From an uncultured Candidatus Saccharibacteria bacterium (GTDB lineage Bacteria > Patescibacteriota > Saccharimonadia > Saccharimonadales > CAYLGV01), in NCBI GenBank assembly GCA_964383395.1, contig CAYLGV010000002.1, forward strand, positions 1-41,887: 41,887 nt of DNA, written 5' to 3'. Shown here in pieces: positions 1 to 8,225 of the stretch. The first letter of the stretch is position 1; each line of letters starts with the position of its first letter. A model generated the notes under the pieces. It saw nothing but the letters and a program-made list of their open reading frames with translations. It was not told the origin of the DNA and did no database searches. A program made the position numbers and the translations under genes.

Positions 1-1976
1 GCTCGGTTTGATTTGGGGACTTTTAAAGTTTGGCTTGAAAGGTCAGGAGCTTTGGTTTTGATGGATGGTTTAGGGTAGGTATTTAGTATCGAGAGGTTAT
101 CTGTGAGGGCAAGTATCCTATCTTTTAGCAATACATGTCCCAGACTGTTTGGATGAAAACTCTCTTTGGCTATCGGGCCATGAATATAGGGGTAGTTGAG
201 AATATCATTGCCAATCGTCAAGCCATTGACAGCAATATGGTTACTATTTGTTTCGCATAAACGGTTACCGCGTAATGCGTCTTCGGTATCAAGATAGGTA
301 ACACCAGCATGATCGGAAGCAGCTTTAATTACGTTATCTAAATGACTAACAAGTGTACTGGCAAGCAATAACTCATCGTAGTTTAGATGAACGTTCAGCG
401 CACAATCACCAAACGGGTCTGCGATCTGAGGATAGCCCACCACATATATACGATCTGATTCTGGTGAGTTGTGTTTTATCTCGGTGTACAGAGCCGATAA
501 TTCGTTAAATTGATCACTAATTTCATTGAGAAGCTCTAGACGATCCTCGTAATGGCTATAGCATGTATCTACTCCAAGACAGCGCTGAATAATATCCGAA
601 AAGCCTACATTATTGCCACCGATAGATACGGTGATAACCTTTGGCTTATATTGTTTTACAAAGAGCTTTTGAGCCCGGTATCCAGGCAAAAAGCCGTTGA
701 CTATTGAGTCATCAAAACTGACGTCTTCCTTACCCTTTGCCTGTGAATGATTCAAACGGTAATCAGCTTTACTGTTCACCAAATCATCAATAACCGCCCC
801 AGAACATGCTACTGACTCCATCTGATCTAATTGTTTTTGTTTGGCAATGAGATAAGGGTAGGAACGAAGTGATACATGGCAGCCATTGGCGTTGGTATCG
901 GTCATGGATTTGTATTGATACGCGCCCTCGCCAGAAGCAAAGGAGTCCCCCAGGGCTAAATATTCAAAACGTGCAGCATCCTGACCGTTTGCCACCACAA
1001 GTGCGTTTTGTAAACCGCCGGCGGTATTTATAAACAATTCAAGTGTATAGTCTCCACGAAAGCGCACGCTTGCCACACTGCTATAGTCTTTTACTTTGCT
1101 TGTTAAGAACGGCAGTAGGTCAATAGACGTACAATTCACTGGCCCTGTAATGGCATTTGGGATGCTTCCACACGTCGATAGATCATATAACTTGAAAAGT
1201 GACCTGGTTTTAGAGACAACAACTGCGTAACGTCCATCGGCGTTAATGGCTGTTCGATATGCAGGTCCACTATTTTCTAAGACTGGAGCATCTGCAAAAG
1301 GCAATACTTGATGAGAGGAAGTGTTGATGCGGAGCATAGCAACTGACGGTGCTTCGACAACTGCCCAATCTCCTTCACTTGAGAAGCTTAGAGACGAGAA
1401 CTCGATCCCAAGATTATTCCCAGCATGATCGGTAAGCATGGCTGATGGTGCAGCGGGCAACATATGTGAAACGGTGTCGTTGAAGGCTGAAGTTGATACA
1501 AGATTACGAAGATTATCATAGAAACCAACATAGGCACCGTGTGCCGAAGCTGCAACAGATGCAATAGCACTGTTGGTTCGTGGTATGCCCACAACACCTT
1601 GGTCACCTACCGGCGCTCGCAAGTAGCCAAAGGCATCACTTCCTTGTCGTTGTAGGTAGCCACTGGCGGATATGGCGCCAAAGCCTGTATCGACAATACA
1701 GCTATCATGACTTTGTTTACTTTGTGGCGGTACGACTCTTTCGGGGCGTGTAATTATCTCTGCAGGCTGACAGTCTCGGTTGCCAATCATGTCTGGGATC
1801 AGTGCGGCGGAGTTATCAACCATGCCAAGTTTCTTGTATGTAGGACCAGGGGTTAGCCAAGGTGAGGTAGCAGCTTCAGCGCCCACTTTGGGGAAGAGTG
1901 AAGAACAGACCACGACTAATAGGAGCAAGCAAGTAAATGTACGACGATGTATTGTGGAACGGCTGACTGCGTGCAT
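1..1976 (-). CDS. secreted SGNH/GDSL-family hydrolase (esterase/lipase-like); the C-terminus runs off the left edge
   Basis: Not in the supplied track because the frame is open to the window edge. Minus-strand ATG at 1976..1974 is preceded by an AAGGTGAGG SD. The hand translation starts MHAVSRSTIHRRTFTCLLLLVVVCSSLFPKVGAEA, which looks like a signal peptide. SGNH block I is EYLALGDSFASGEG (965..924), block III is VSIGGNNVGF (629..600) and block V is ESFHPNSLGH (164..135). I checked 1..170 and several internal stretches in this frame and saw no stop, but I did not check every codon. Confidence 0.75.
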   Translation of the reverse strand, partial: MHAVSRSTIHRRTFTCLLLLVVVCSSLFPKVGAEAATSPWLTPGPTYKKLGMVDNSAALIPDMIGNRDCQPAEIITRPERVVPPQSKQSHDSCIVDTGFGAISASGYLQRQGSDAFGYLRAPVGDQGVVGIPRTNSAIASVAASAHGAYVGFYDNLRNLVSTSAFNDTVSHMLPAAPSAMLTDHAGNNLGIEFSSLSFSSEGDWAVVEAPSVAMLRINTSSHQVLPFADAPVLENSGPAYRTAINADGRYAVVVSKTRSLFKLYDLSTCGSIPNAITGPVNCTSIDLLPFLTSKVKDYSSVASVRFRGDYTLELFINTAGGLQNALVVANGQDAARFEYLALGDSFASGEGAYQYKSMTDTNANGCHVSLRSYPYLIAKQKQLDQMESVACSGAVIDDLVNSKADYRLNHSQAKGKEDVSFDDSIVNGFLPGYRAQKLFVKQYKPKVITVSIGGNNVGFSDIIQRCLGVDTCYSHYEDRLELLNEISDQFNELSALYTEIKHNSPESDRIYVVGYPQIADPFGDCALNVHLNYDELLLASTLVSHLDNVIKAASDHAGVTYLDTEDALRGNRLCETNSNHIAVNGLTIGNDILNYPYIHGPIAKESFHPNSLGHVLLKDRILALTDNLSILNTYPKPSIKTKAPDLSSQTLKVPKSNR

Positions 1977-2106
1977 ACCTCACCTTTTTTAACCAAGGGC
2001 AACGATATCAGGTGAGAATTTAAATCAGCAAGCATAAGCGCTCGTTTTAATCGTGCGGTAATAAAAGATTAATCCTGAGCTAATAATTAAGCGGTTTGAG
2101 TAAGAA

Positions 2107-2153
2107 AAGTATTACTATGTAAATAAAGTATTACTTCTGGTATAATGTAATAC
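2107..2153 (+). promoter_or_regulatory. toxin-antitoxin promoter/operator: extended -10 plus three copies of GTATTAC
   Basis: TGGTATAAT at 2138..2146 ends 7 nt before the ATG at 2154, and there is no SD. The 10-mer AAGTATTACT is directly repeated at 2107..2116 and 2126..2135. An inverted core GTAATAC lies at 2147..2153, between the -10 and the start codon. Confidence 0.45.
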
Positions 2154-2432
2154 ATGTTGCAATCAAACTCAGTCACTTCTAAAGGTCAAGCTACTATTCC
2201 CAAGCATGTTCGTGACGAACTAGGCATTAAGACTGGAGACCGAGTTCGCTATGAAAAGAATCAGAACGGTAGGTATGAAATTGTGAAAGAGCCAACTCTT
2301 GACGAAGTGCTTGAGATGAACGCTCAATATACCGAAAACGTACCTAATTACACCGATGATGAACTAAAGAAGCTTATTCATGAAGGTATGCAAAAACAAG
2401 CAGTCGAACGATATAGGCGGTCACTTTCTTAA
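2154..2432 (+). CDS. vapB: AbrB/SpoVT (MazE-like) domain antitoxin
   Basis: The N-terminus VTSKGQATIPKHVRDELGIKTGDRV is the classic SpoVT-AbrB swapped-hairpin motif. The protein is 92 aa. Its stop overlaps the start of the downstream PIN gene (TAATG). Confidence 0.8.
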   Translation: MLQSNSVTSKGQATIPKHVRDELGIKTGDRVRYEKNQNGRYEIVKEPTLDEVLEMNAQYTENVPNYTDDELKKLIHEGMQKQAVERYRRSLS

Positions 2433-2821
2433 TGGTTTCACTCGATACAAACGCAGTCCTGTCACTTATGATTAAAGAGCGTGTTGACCAAAGGACAAAA
2501 GTAACCGAACTTCTATCGGGGAACATTTGTTATATATCTGATATGGTTTTTCCTGAGATCGAATATGCATTGACCAAGGTTTACGGATTCCCAAGGCAGA
2601 ACGTTGCAGCCAGTATTAACATGGTTATGGCGTATCAGAATACGAGGTGCAATGTAGGCCTACTAATTGAAGCACTTGGGATGTATGTCAATAATCCTGC
2701 ACTTTCATTTGTTGACTGTTGTCTTGCAGTCGAAGCTTCTCTAAGCAAGAAGAAGCCACTCTACACCTTTGATAAGAAGCTTGCCAACCAGAGTGGCGGA
2801 CTTGCCAAACTCCTAACGTAA
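2432..2821 (+). CDS. vapC: PIN-domain ribonuclease toxin
   Basis: 129 aa. The conserved PIN acidic residues are in the expected spacing: LDTN (D5), FPEIEY, FVDC and TFDKK. It is translationally coupled to the antitoxin. Confidence 0.75.
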   Translation: MVSLDTNAVLSLMIKERVDQRTKVTELLSGNICYISDMVFPEIEYALTKVYGFPRQNVAASINMVMAYQNTRCNVGLLIEALGMYVNNPALSFVDCCLAVEASLSKKKPLYTFDKKLANQSGGLAKLLT

Positions 2822-2827
2822 CCTATC

Positions 2828-3934
2828 TTACGAACCAAGAGCCTGCTTAAACACCTCAAGCATCTCTTTGCTCATATTGCGCCATGAATAGTGAGTGATA
2901 CGTTCGTTGCCAAATTCTACGAGCGAGCGCCGGATTTCATCGTCGGTAATTACAGTTATGATCTTGCCTGCCATGTCTTGGATATTCTTGGGGTCAAAGT
3001 AGACGGCCGAGCCACCGTACACCTCAGGTAAACAAGTTGCGTTGCTGCTAACCAACGGGCAGCTGTGCGCCATAGCTTCAAGGCCAGGCAAGCCAAAGCC
3101 TTCGCTCAAGCTTGGGAGTACATAGGCGCGGGCATGTTCGTACAGCCACTTCAGGCCTTCGTCTGATACAAAACCGGTTACGTGAATCTTATCGCGGGCA
3201 GGGCTGGCATCAATCTGTTTTTGTAGTTGCTCAAAGTAGTACTCCCTTTTGCCGCCCAAAACGAGTTGGAGGTCTGGTTGGTGCTGATGCACAATCTCAA
3301 ATGCCTCAATAAGACGTTCTAGGTTCTTGTGAGGGAATGGACTGCCAACATGGAAGATAAACGGCTCAGTCACGCCCTCTGGCTGTACACCGTTCACTTG
3401 CAGCGGCGGTTCACTGGCTTCGTAAGCGACACTTACCTTGCCTTTGGTAAATGGGTGGAATCTGTTCAGTGCATCACGTACATACCCAGTGGGGGTGATA
3501 ATATGCCTTGCATTCTTGTGCGCAGACCACATAAGTAGGCGATAACCTTTCATGCGTGCCCAGTGCACCAATCCAGGTAAATGCCCGGCTCGTACATAGT
3601 CATACATGGTTAGATCGTGTGTAAGTGTGACTTGATTGCCCTTAAAGAACAATGGCTGAAAGCCAGTCATGCCAAAGAATACTAAGTCGGGCTTTTGCTT
3701 TTTAAGCTGATGAGTTAGACGGATTTGCTGCAATGGATTAAACGAGAAGTTTGGGAATGGGCACACTTCAGTTTTAAAGTTACTTGCCGTGGGCTGCCAA
3801 TTGTCACCTGGTTTTAATAGTATTGTGTAGGTGTTAATGGTGTCTAGCTCTTGGAGGTATTCGAGCAGGCGGGCGATCGGTCGGCCGGAGCTTGCTCGGC
3901 GAATTCGCGCGTCAATTACAATGTGTTTTGTCAT
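2828..3934 (-). CDS. glycosyltransferase family 4 (GT-B, group 1)
   Basis: C-terminal motif SLSEGFGLPGLEAMAHSCPLVSS (E-x7-E), typical of GT4. The track start at 3946 is a TTG codon. I prefer the ATG at 3934 (MTKHIVIDAR). Confidence 0.85.
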   Translation of the reverse strand: MTKHIVIDARIRRASSGRPIARLLEYLQELDTINTYTILLKPGDNWQPTASNFKTEVCPFPNFSFNPLQQIRLTHQLKKQKPDLVFFGMTGFQPLFFKGNQVTLTHDLTMYDYVRAGHLPGLVHWARMKGYRLLMWSAHKNARHIITPTGYVRDALNRFHPFTKGKVSVAYEASEPPLQVNGVQPEGVTEPFIFHVGSPFPHKNLERLIEAFEIVHQHQPDLQLVLGGKREYYFEQLQKQIDASPARDKIHVTGFVSDEGLKWLYEHARAYVLPSLSEGFGLPGLEAMAHSCPLVSSNATCLPEVYGGSAVYFDPKNIQDMAGKIITVITDDEIRRSLVEFGNERITHYSWRNMSKEMLEVFKQALGS

Positions 3935-3955
3935 AGTCAGGTACAATTATATACA
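3935..3955. promoter_or_regulatory. 21-nt divergent spacer holding two overlapping -10 elements
   Basis: The plus-strand TACAAT (3942..3947, context GGTACAAT) lies 8 nt before ATG 3956. The minus-strand TATAAT (3951..3946) lies 11 nt before ATG 3934. Neither side has an SD. Any -35 element would lie inside the opposing gene. Confidence 0.4.
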
Positions 3956-5314
3956 ATGACGCTCCAAGAACGGATCATGGAATTGCCTCGGCAGGGTTTT
4001 TACCTGTTGCTTATCTATATGCCCTTCCATGTTTTTATTGTGCAGTGGCTCAGTTTGTATACTGGTGGCTTGGCTGTTTGGAAGGGGTTAAAAGACGCCA
4101 TAGCCCTGTTTTTAGTGGCTTTGACTGTTATTCTTGTGTGGCTCAAACGAAAGCAAACACGCGAATTTAACTGGTTTGTATGGTTGGCACTGGCATATGC
4201 GGCTGTGCATTTTTTGGTTTGGGCGCTGAACCCGGGGATCTACAAAGATTCAGCCTTACTCGGAAGTGTGTATAACAATCGCTTGTTATGGTTCTTGGTG
4301 CTGGGAATGGGTGTGCGGCTGCTATGGCCAAAGATTAACGAGAATGGGGTGCTGCGAGTAGTGATCTTTGTGAGCACTCTGGTCTGTGCATTGGGAATTT
4401 TGCAATACTTCTTGCCGAAGGACTTGCTGGAACACTTTGGCTATTCGGTGGCACGCGGTGTAAAACCGATGTTCTTTATTGATGACAAACCAGATCTACC
4501 CCGTATTATGAGTACTTTGCGTGATCCAAACTCACTTGGGGCATTTCTGATACTGCCGATTACTATCTTGTTCTACAAGTTCTTCACGGTAGTTCGTCAG
4601 AAACGTCAGCTTATTGCTGGTTTGCTGTTCTTGCACGGTTTAACGCTGTTCTTGACGTTCTCACGTAGTTCGTGGCTCGGAGCGGTGGTAGCGGTAATAG
4701 TACTCGCCGCATTAGCGCTGCGTGCAAAGTTTGTGCCATGGCTGTTGAAATACTGGCCATTATTACTAGGGGTATTCCTGCTGGTAACGAGCGTGGCACT
4801 TATGTATAAGGATCAATATGCCGTACAGAACATACTGGTTCATAGCGACGAGAGCACGGCTGCCAAAGCTCAGTATGACTCAAATGGCTACCATGTGCTT
4901 TATGCCCGCAAAGGGCTTGAGGGTATTGCAAATCACCCTGAGGGGAATGGGCCTGGTACGGCTGGCCTGGTTTCTATACAACACCCTGATAAAGGGTTCC
5001 TAACAGAGAACTACTACATACAGGTCGGGTATGAAGTTGGCATGCTAGGACTGCTAATATTCTTGGCAGTGAATGTCTTGATATACCGTGAACTTATGCG
5101 TCGAAAGTCATTGCTGCCAGCGGCGTTACTAGCCAGTTTTTGGGGCTATGTGGTGTGTAATATGTTGCTTCACACTTGGAGTAATGAAGCGGTGGCTAGT
5201 CAGTGGTGGTTGTTGGCAGGTTTTGCGGCTGGAGCACCACTAGTTGCGAACAAAAAAACTACGAAGCTTACGCAGACGCGCCGAGTTCGGCGGCAAGTCG
5301 TGAACCAAGACTGA
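3956..5314 (+). CDS. Wzy_C / O-antigen-ligase-like polytopic membrane protein (ligase, polymerase or O-oligosaccharyltransferase type)
   Basis: About 10 or more hydrophobic helices. It carries LTFSRSSWLG and later TENYYIQVGYEVGMLG, which resemble the Wzy_C loop and helix signatures of WaaL/PglL-type proteins. The first 35 codons of the track ORF (3851..3955) overlap the GT4 gene and are discarded. Confidence 0.7.
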   Translation: MTLQERIMELPRQGFYLLLIYMPFHVFIVQWLSLYTGGLAVWKGLKDAIALFLVALTVILVWLKRKQTREFNWFVWLALAYAAVHFLVWALNPGIYKDSALLGSVYNNRLLWFLVLGMGVRLLWPKINENGVLRVVIFVSTLVCALGILQYFLPKDLLEHFGYSVARGVKPMFFIDDKPDLPRIMSTLRDPNSLGAFLILPITILFYKFFTVVRQKRQLIAGLLFLHGLTLFLTFSRSSWLGAVVAVIVLAALALRAKFVPWLLKYWPLLLGVFLLVTSVALMYKDQYAVQNILVHSDESTAAKAQYDSNGYHVLYARKGLEGIANHPEGNGPGTAGLVSIQHPDKGFLTENYYIQVGYEVGMLGLLIFLAVNVLIYRELMRRKSLLPAALLASFWGYVVCNMLLHTWSNEAVASQWWLLAGFAAGAPLVANKKTTKLTQTRRVRRQVVNQD

Positions 5315-6238
5315 GCTAACATAGTTAACTGAAACCTTACGGTTGCGCTGAATATTATTGCGTTGCCAAATCTTTTTTGGAAAAAGCCAGAGCATCGCCA
5401 GAAAGCCTTTTGTGGCAGGCCAGCCACGGCCTTCACGCAGGGAAGCCAGATAAATTGATACGTAAGCTATCGTAAAGCGCACGAATATACCAGGTACTAG
5501 GCGAAGTGGTACGTTTTTCCAGAATAACCAAGGATAGTTTTTGAAAGTTTGGTAGGTGGTAAAGCCCTTGATCTTACTACTGGTAGTACCGTGCTGGTGA
5601 TAGGCTTCTGAGGTAGGAACATAGAGGACTTTCCAACCCGCTAGTTGAGCACGGAAGCTAATATCAATATCTTCGTAGTAAGCAAAAAAATCCTTGTCAA
5701 AGAGACCAATTTGTTCCAACATTTCGGTGCGATATAAGCTGGCACCGCCCGAGCCACCAAAGACGTAAGTATCTTCGTCGTATTTGTCGGAGTTTGGTTC
5801 GTCACGGCCGCGCGGGAAAGGTAATCCCCAGGTAGTGTAAATATCACCTGTACTGTCGATAGTTTCTTTGTCGGCGCTTAAGAGCTTGCTGGTTGTTATA
5901 CCAACATCAGGATGCGTCTCCATGGCTTTGACTAGATGTTTGAGCCAATCTACGTGAGCCACAGCATCATTATTAAGGAGTGCCACCGCATTGGCACCAT
6001 GCTTCATGGCATAGGTAATACCACTATTAACACCACCAGCGAATCCTAGGTTTGTTTGGTTCACAACCAGTTCAACCTGGGGGTACTTTTCGCGCACGAA
6101 CTCAAGCGAACCATCTGTTGATCCATTTTCTACGACGACAATCGTTGTCGGTTGGGTCTGAATAAGCAGGGAGTCCAGGCATGCGCCTAAACTGTCCATG
6201 CCGTTCCAGTTCGGAATTACAACAAATATCTTTTTCAT
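5240..6238 (-). CDS. glycosyltransferase family 2 (rhamnosyltransferase-like)
   Basis: KIFVVIPNWNGMDSLGACLDSLLIQT, VVVENGSTDGS and LLNNDA (DxD-like) are typical of the GT-A fold. I prefer the ATG at 6238 because of an AGGTG SD. The track start at 6265 is the alternative. Confidence 0.85.
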   Translation of the reverse strand: MKKIFVVIPNWNGMDSLGACLDSLLIQTQPTTIVVVENGSTDGSLEFVREKYPQVELVVNQTNLGFAGGVNSGITYAMKHGANAVALLNNDAVAHVDWLKHLVKAMETHPDVGITTSKLLSADKETIDSTGDIYTTWGLPFPRGRDEPNSDKYDEDTYVFGGSGGASLYRTEMLEQIGLFDKDFFAYYEDIDISFRAQLAGWKVLYVPTSEAYHQHGTTSSKIKGFTTYQTFKNYPWLFWKNVPLRLVPGIFVRFTIAYVSIYLASLREGRGWPATKGFLAMLWLFPKKIWQRNNIQRNRKVSVNYVSSVLVHDLPPNSARLRKLRSFFVRN

Positions 6239-6277
6239 AAGAGTCACACCTATCTTATAATACATAGCTAGCGATTT

Positions 6278-7081
6278 ATGATGAAAAAGTTATTTTCGAA
6301 AAAGAATAGGGTTTTATTAAGTGAATTGGTGCGCACAGATTTTAAACTGCGCTACCAGGGCTCTGTGCTTGGATATACATGGTCATTATTGCGACCATTA
6401 CTCCTATTTGTGATTTTATATATCGTCTTTGTTAAGTTCTTGAAGTTTGGCGACGACATTCCACACTTTCCAGTTTACCTATTGCTTGGAATAGTTATGT
6501 GGAACTTCTTTGCTGAAATGACCAGTCAGAGCCTTGGCTCTATTGTTGGCCGTGGAGACCTCATAAGGAAAATTCGCATACCTCGTTGGATGATCGTGTT
6601 GTCTAGCAGCTTTTCTGCACTCATTAATCTAGCACTTACACTAGTGGTTATTGCGATCTTCATGGTAATAAATCACGTTGATCCTATGCGATCGATCTTG
6701 CTATTTCCTTTGATCTTACTTCAGCTATATCTATTGGCGCTCGGATTATCACTATTCTTAGCCGCTCTTTTCGTAAAGTATCGCGACATGAGCTATATAT
6801 GGGAGGTTGTTTTGCAAGCAGGCTTTTATGCGACACCAATTATCTACCCGCTTTCAAAGATTCCAAACGAGCAATACCAGAAACTTATCCTCTTAAACCC
6901 TGTATCAACAGCAATTCAAGATGCAAGATGGGCTTTGATATCTCACCAAACTGTAACGATAAACAGCCTATTTGGTGAAAGTTATGCTCGATTAATTCCA
7001 TATACAATCACTATTGTTATTTTGATCACTGGGATCCTGTACTTCAAGCGTAAGGCACCAAACTTCGCGGAGGATCTTTAG
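6278..7081 (+). CDS. wzm: ABC-2 type polysaccharide/teichoic-acid export permease
   Basis: 267 aa with 6 TM helices. The N-terminus LVRTDFKLRYQGSVLGYTWSLLRP is typical of Wzm/TagG/KpsM permeases. The gene directly abuts the ATPase gene. Confidence 0.85.
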   Translation: MMKKLFSKKNRVLLSELVRTDFKLRYQGSVLGYTWSLLRPLLLFVILYIVFVKFLKFGDDIPHFPVYLLLGIVMWNFFAEMTSQSLGSIVGRGDLIRKIRIPRWMIVLSSSFSALINLALTLVVIAIFMVINHVDPMRSILLFPLILLQLYLLALGLSLFLAALFVKYRDMSYIWEVVLQAGFYATPIIYPLSKIPNEQYQKLILLNPVSTAIQDARWALISHQTVTINSLFGESYARLIPYTITIVILITGILYFKRKAPNFAEDL

Positions 7082-8221
7082 ATGGCAGCAATTGTTGTTG
7101 ATAAAGTCAGTAAAACTTTCAAGTTACCGCATGAGAAGCAGAACAGCATCAAAGGCTTGTTTGTAAATGCATTCAAACACAAGAGAACATTTGAAAAACA
7201 AACCGTCCTAAAAAATGTTTCGTTTCAAGTGGAAGAGGGCGATTTTTTTGCTATCGTTGGGCGCAATGGTAGTGGAAAGAGCACACTACTCAAACTACTA
7301 GCCGGCATTTATGAACCTGACAATGGTGGCATCCACGTAAACGGTAAGCTCACACCATTTATTGAGCTAGGCGTTGGCTTTAATCAAAACCTTACAGGAC
7401 GTGAAAATGTTTTTCTAAATGGTGCACTCTTAGGCTTCAGTCGCAAAGACATGCTAGCCATGTATCAAGATATTGTCGACTTTGCAGAACTCGAAAGATT
7501 CATGGATCAAAAACTGAAGAATTACTCTTCTGGCATGCAGGTTCGTTTGGCATTTTCAATCGCGATTCGTGCACAAAGCGATATTTTGTTGCTAGATGAA
7601 GTGTTGGCAGTTGGTGATGCCGCTTTCCAGCAAAAGTGTTTCAACTATTTCGAGGAGCTGAAACGCAATAAAAAAACTGTGGTGTTTGTGTCTCATGACA
7701 TGGGTGCAGTTAGGCGGTTCTGTAACAAGGCTGTATATATCGAGAATGGAAACCTTATCAAGGCGGGTACTGCACTCGAGATTGCTGATCACTATACGGC
7801 TGAGAATATTGAGTCAGCGCAAAAGGCCACCAAGGCTGACGGCTCAGTGACTAAGAACCCCAATACCATAACCTCTAAAATTGCTAGGCAAACAGATGAG
7901 TATGTGGAAGTGGAAGTAAGTTACGAGTCTAACTTGAAAGATGAATTGTACATTGGATTAGCGGTTATGCGTGATGGTATTGCAGTGGCAGAGATTTCTA
8001 CTCCTCCTAGCAGGCCATTGAAGAAGAAAGGCACTTTAATTTACCAGCTTGACATCAAAGTGTTTAATCCAGGGATTTACCAAGTGGATACTGCCCTATT
8101 CAAAGCTGATAACCGAGAGTTATTGAATTTTACGCATGTTAAACCGCGTTTTACAATTAAGGGCAATGACCCAACCAAGGGCGGTGCGTTGGCGTTGCTA
8201 GATACTTGGCAGTATAAATAG
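7082..8221 (+). CDS. wzt: polysaccharide export ABC ATPase with a C-terminal substrate-binding extension
   Basis: Walker A GRNGSGKST, signature YSSGMQVRLAFS and Walker B ILLLDE are present. An extra beta-rich domain of about 125 aa (nt 7844..8218) follows, as in Wzt/TagH-type exporters. Confidence 0.9.
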   Translation: MAAIVVDKVSKTFKLPHEKQNSIKGLFVNAFKHKRTFEKQTVLKNVSFQVEEGDFFAIVGRNGSGKSTLLKLLAGIYEPDNGGIHVNGKLTPFIELGVGFNQNLTGRENVFLNGALLGFSRKDMLAMYQDIVDFAELERFMDQKLKNYSSGMQVRLAFSIAIRAQSDILLLDEVLAVGDAAFQQKCFNYFEELKRNKKTVVFVSHDMGAVRRFCNKAVYIENGNLIKAGTALEIADHYTAENIESAQKATKADGSVTKNPNTITSKIARQTDEYVEVEVSYESNLKDELYIGLAVMRDGIAVAEISTPPSRPLKKKGTLIYQLDIKVFNPGIYQVDTALFKADNRELLNFTHVKPRFTIKGNDPTKGGALALLDTWQYK

Positions 8222-8225
8222 AGTT

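Noticed and set aside
1388-1992. Track ORFs 1388..1606 (-) and 1780..1992 (+)
   Set aside because: Both lie inside the long minus-strand SGNH hydrolase frame, in another frame or on the other strand. They have no recognisable motifs and are shadow ORFs.
3851-3955. N-terminal 35 codons of track ORF 3851..5314
   Set aside because: They overlap the 5' end of the GT4 gene on the opposite strand. The membrane protein plausibly starts at ATG 3956 (MTLQER...).
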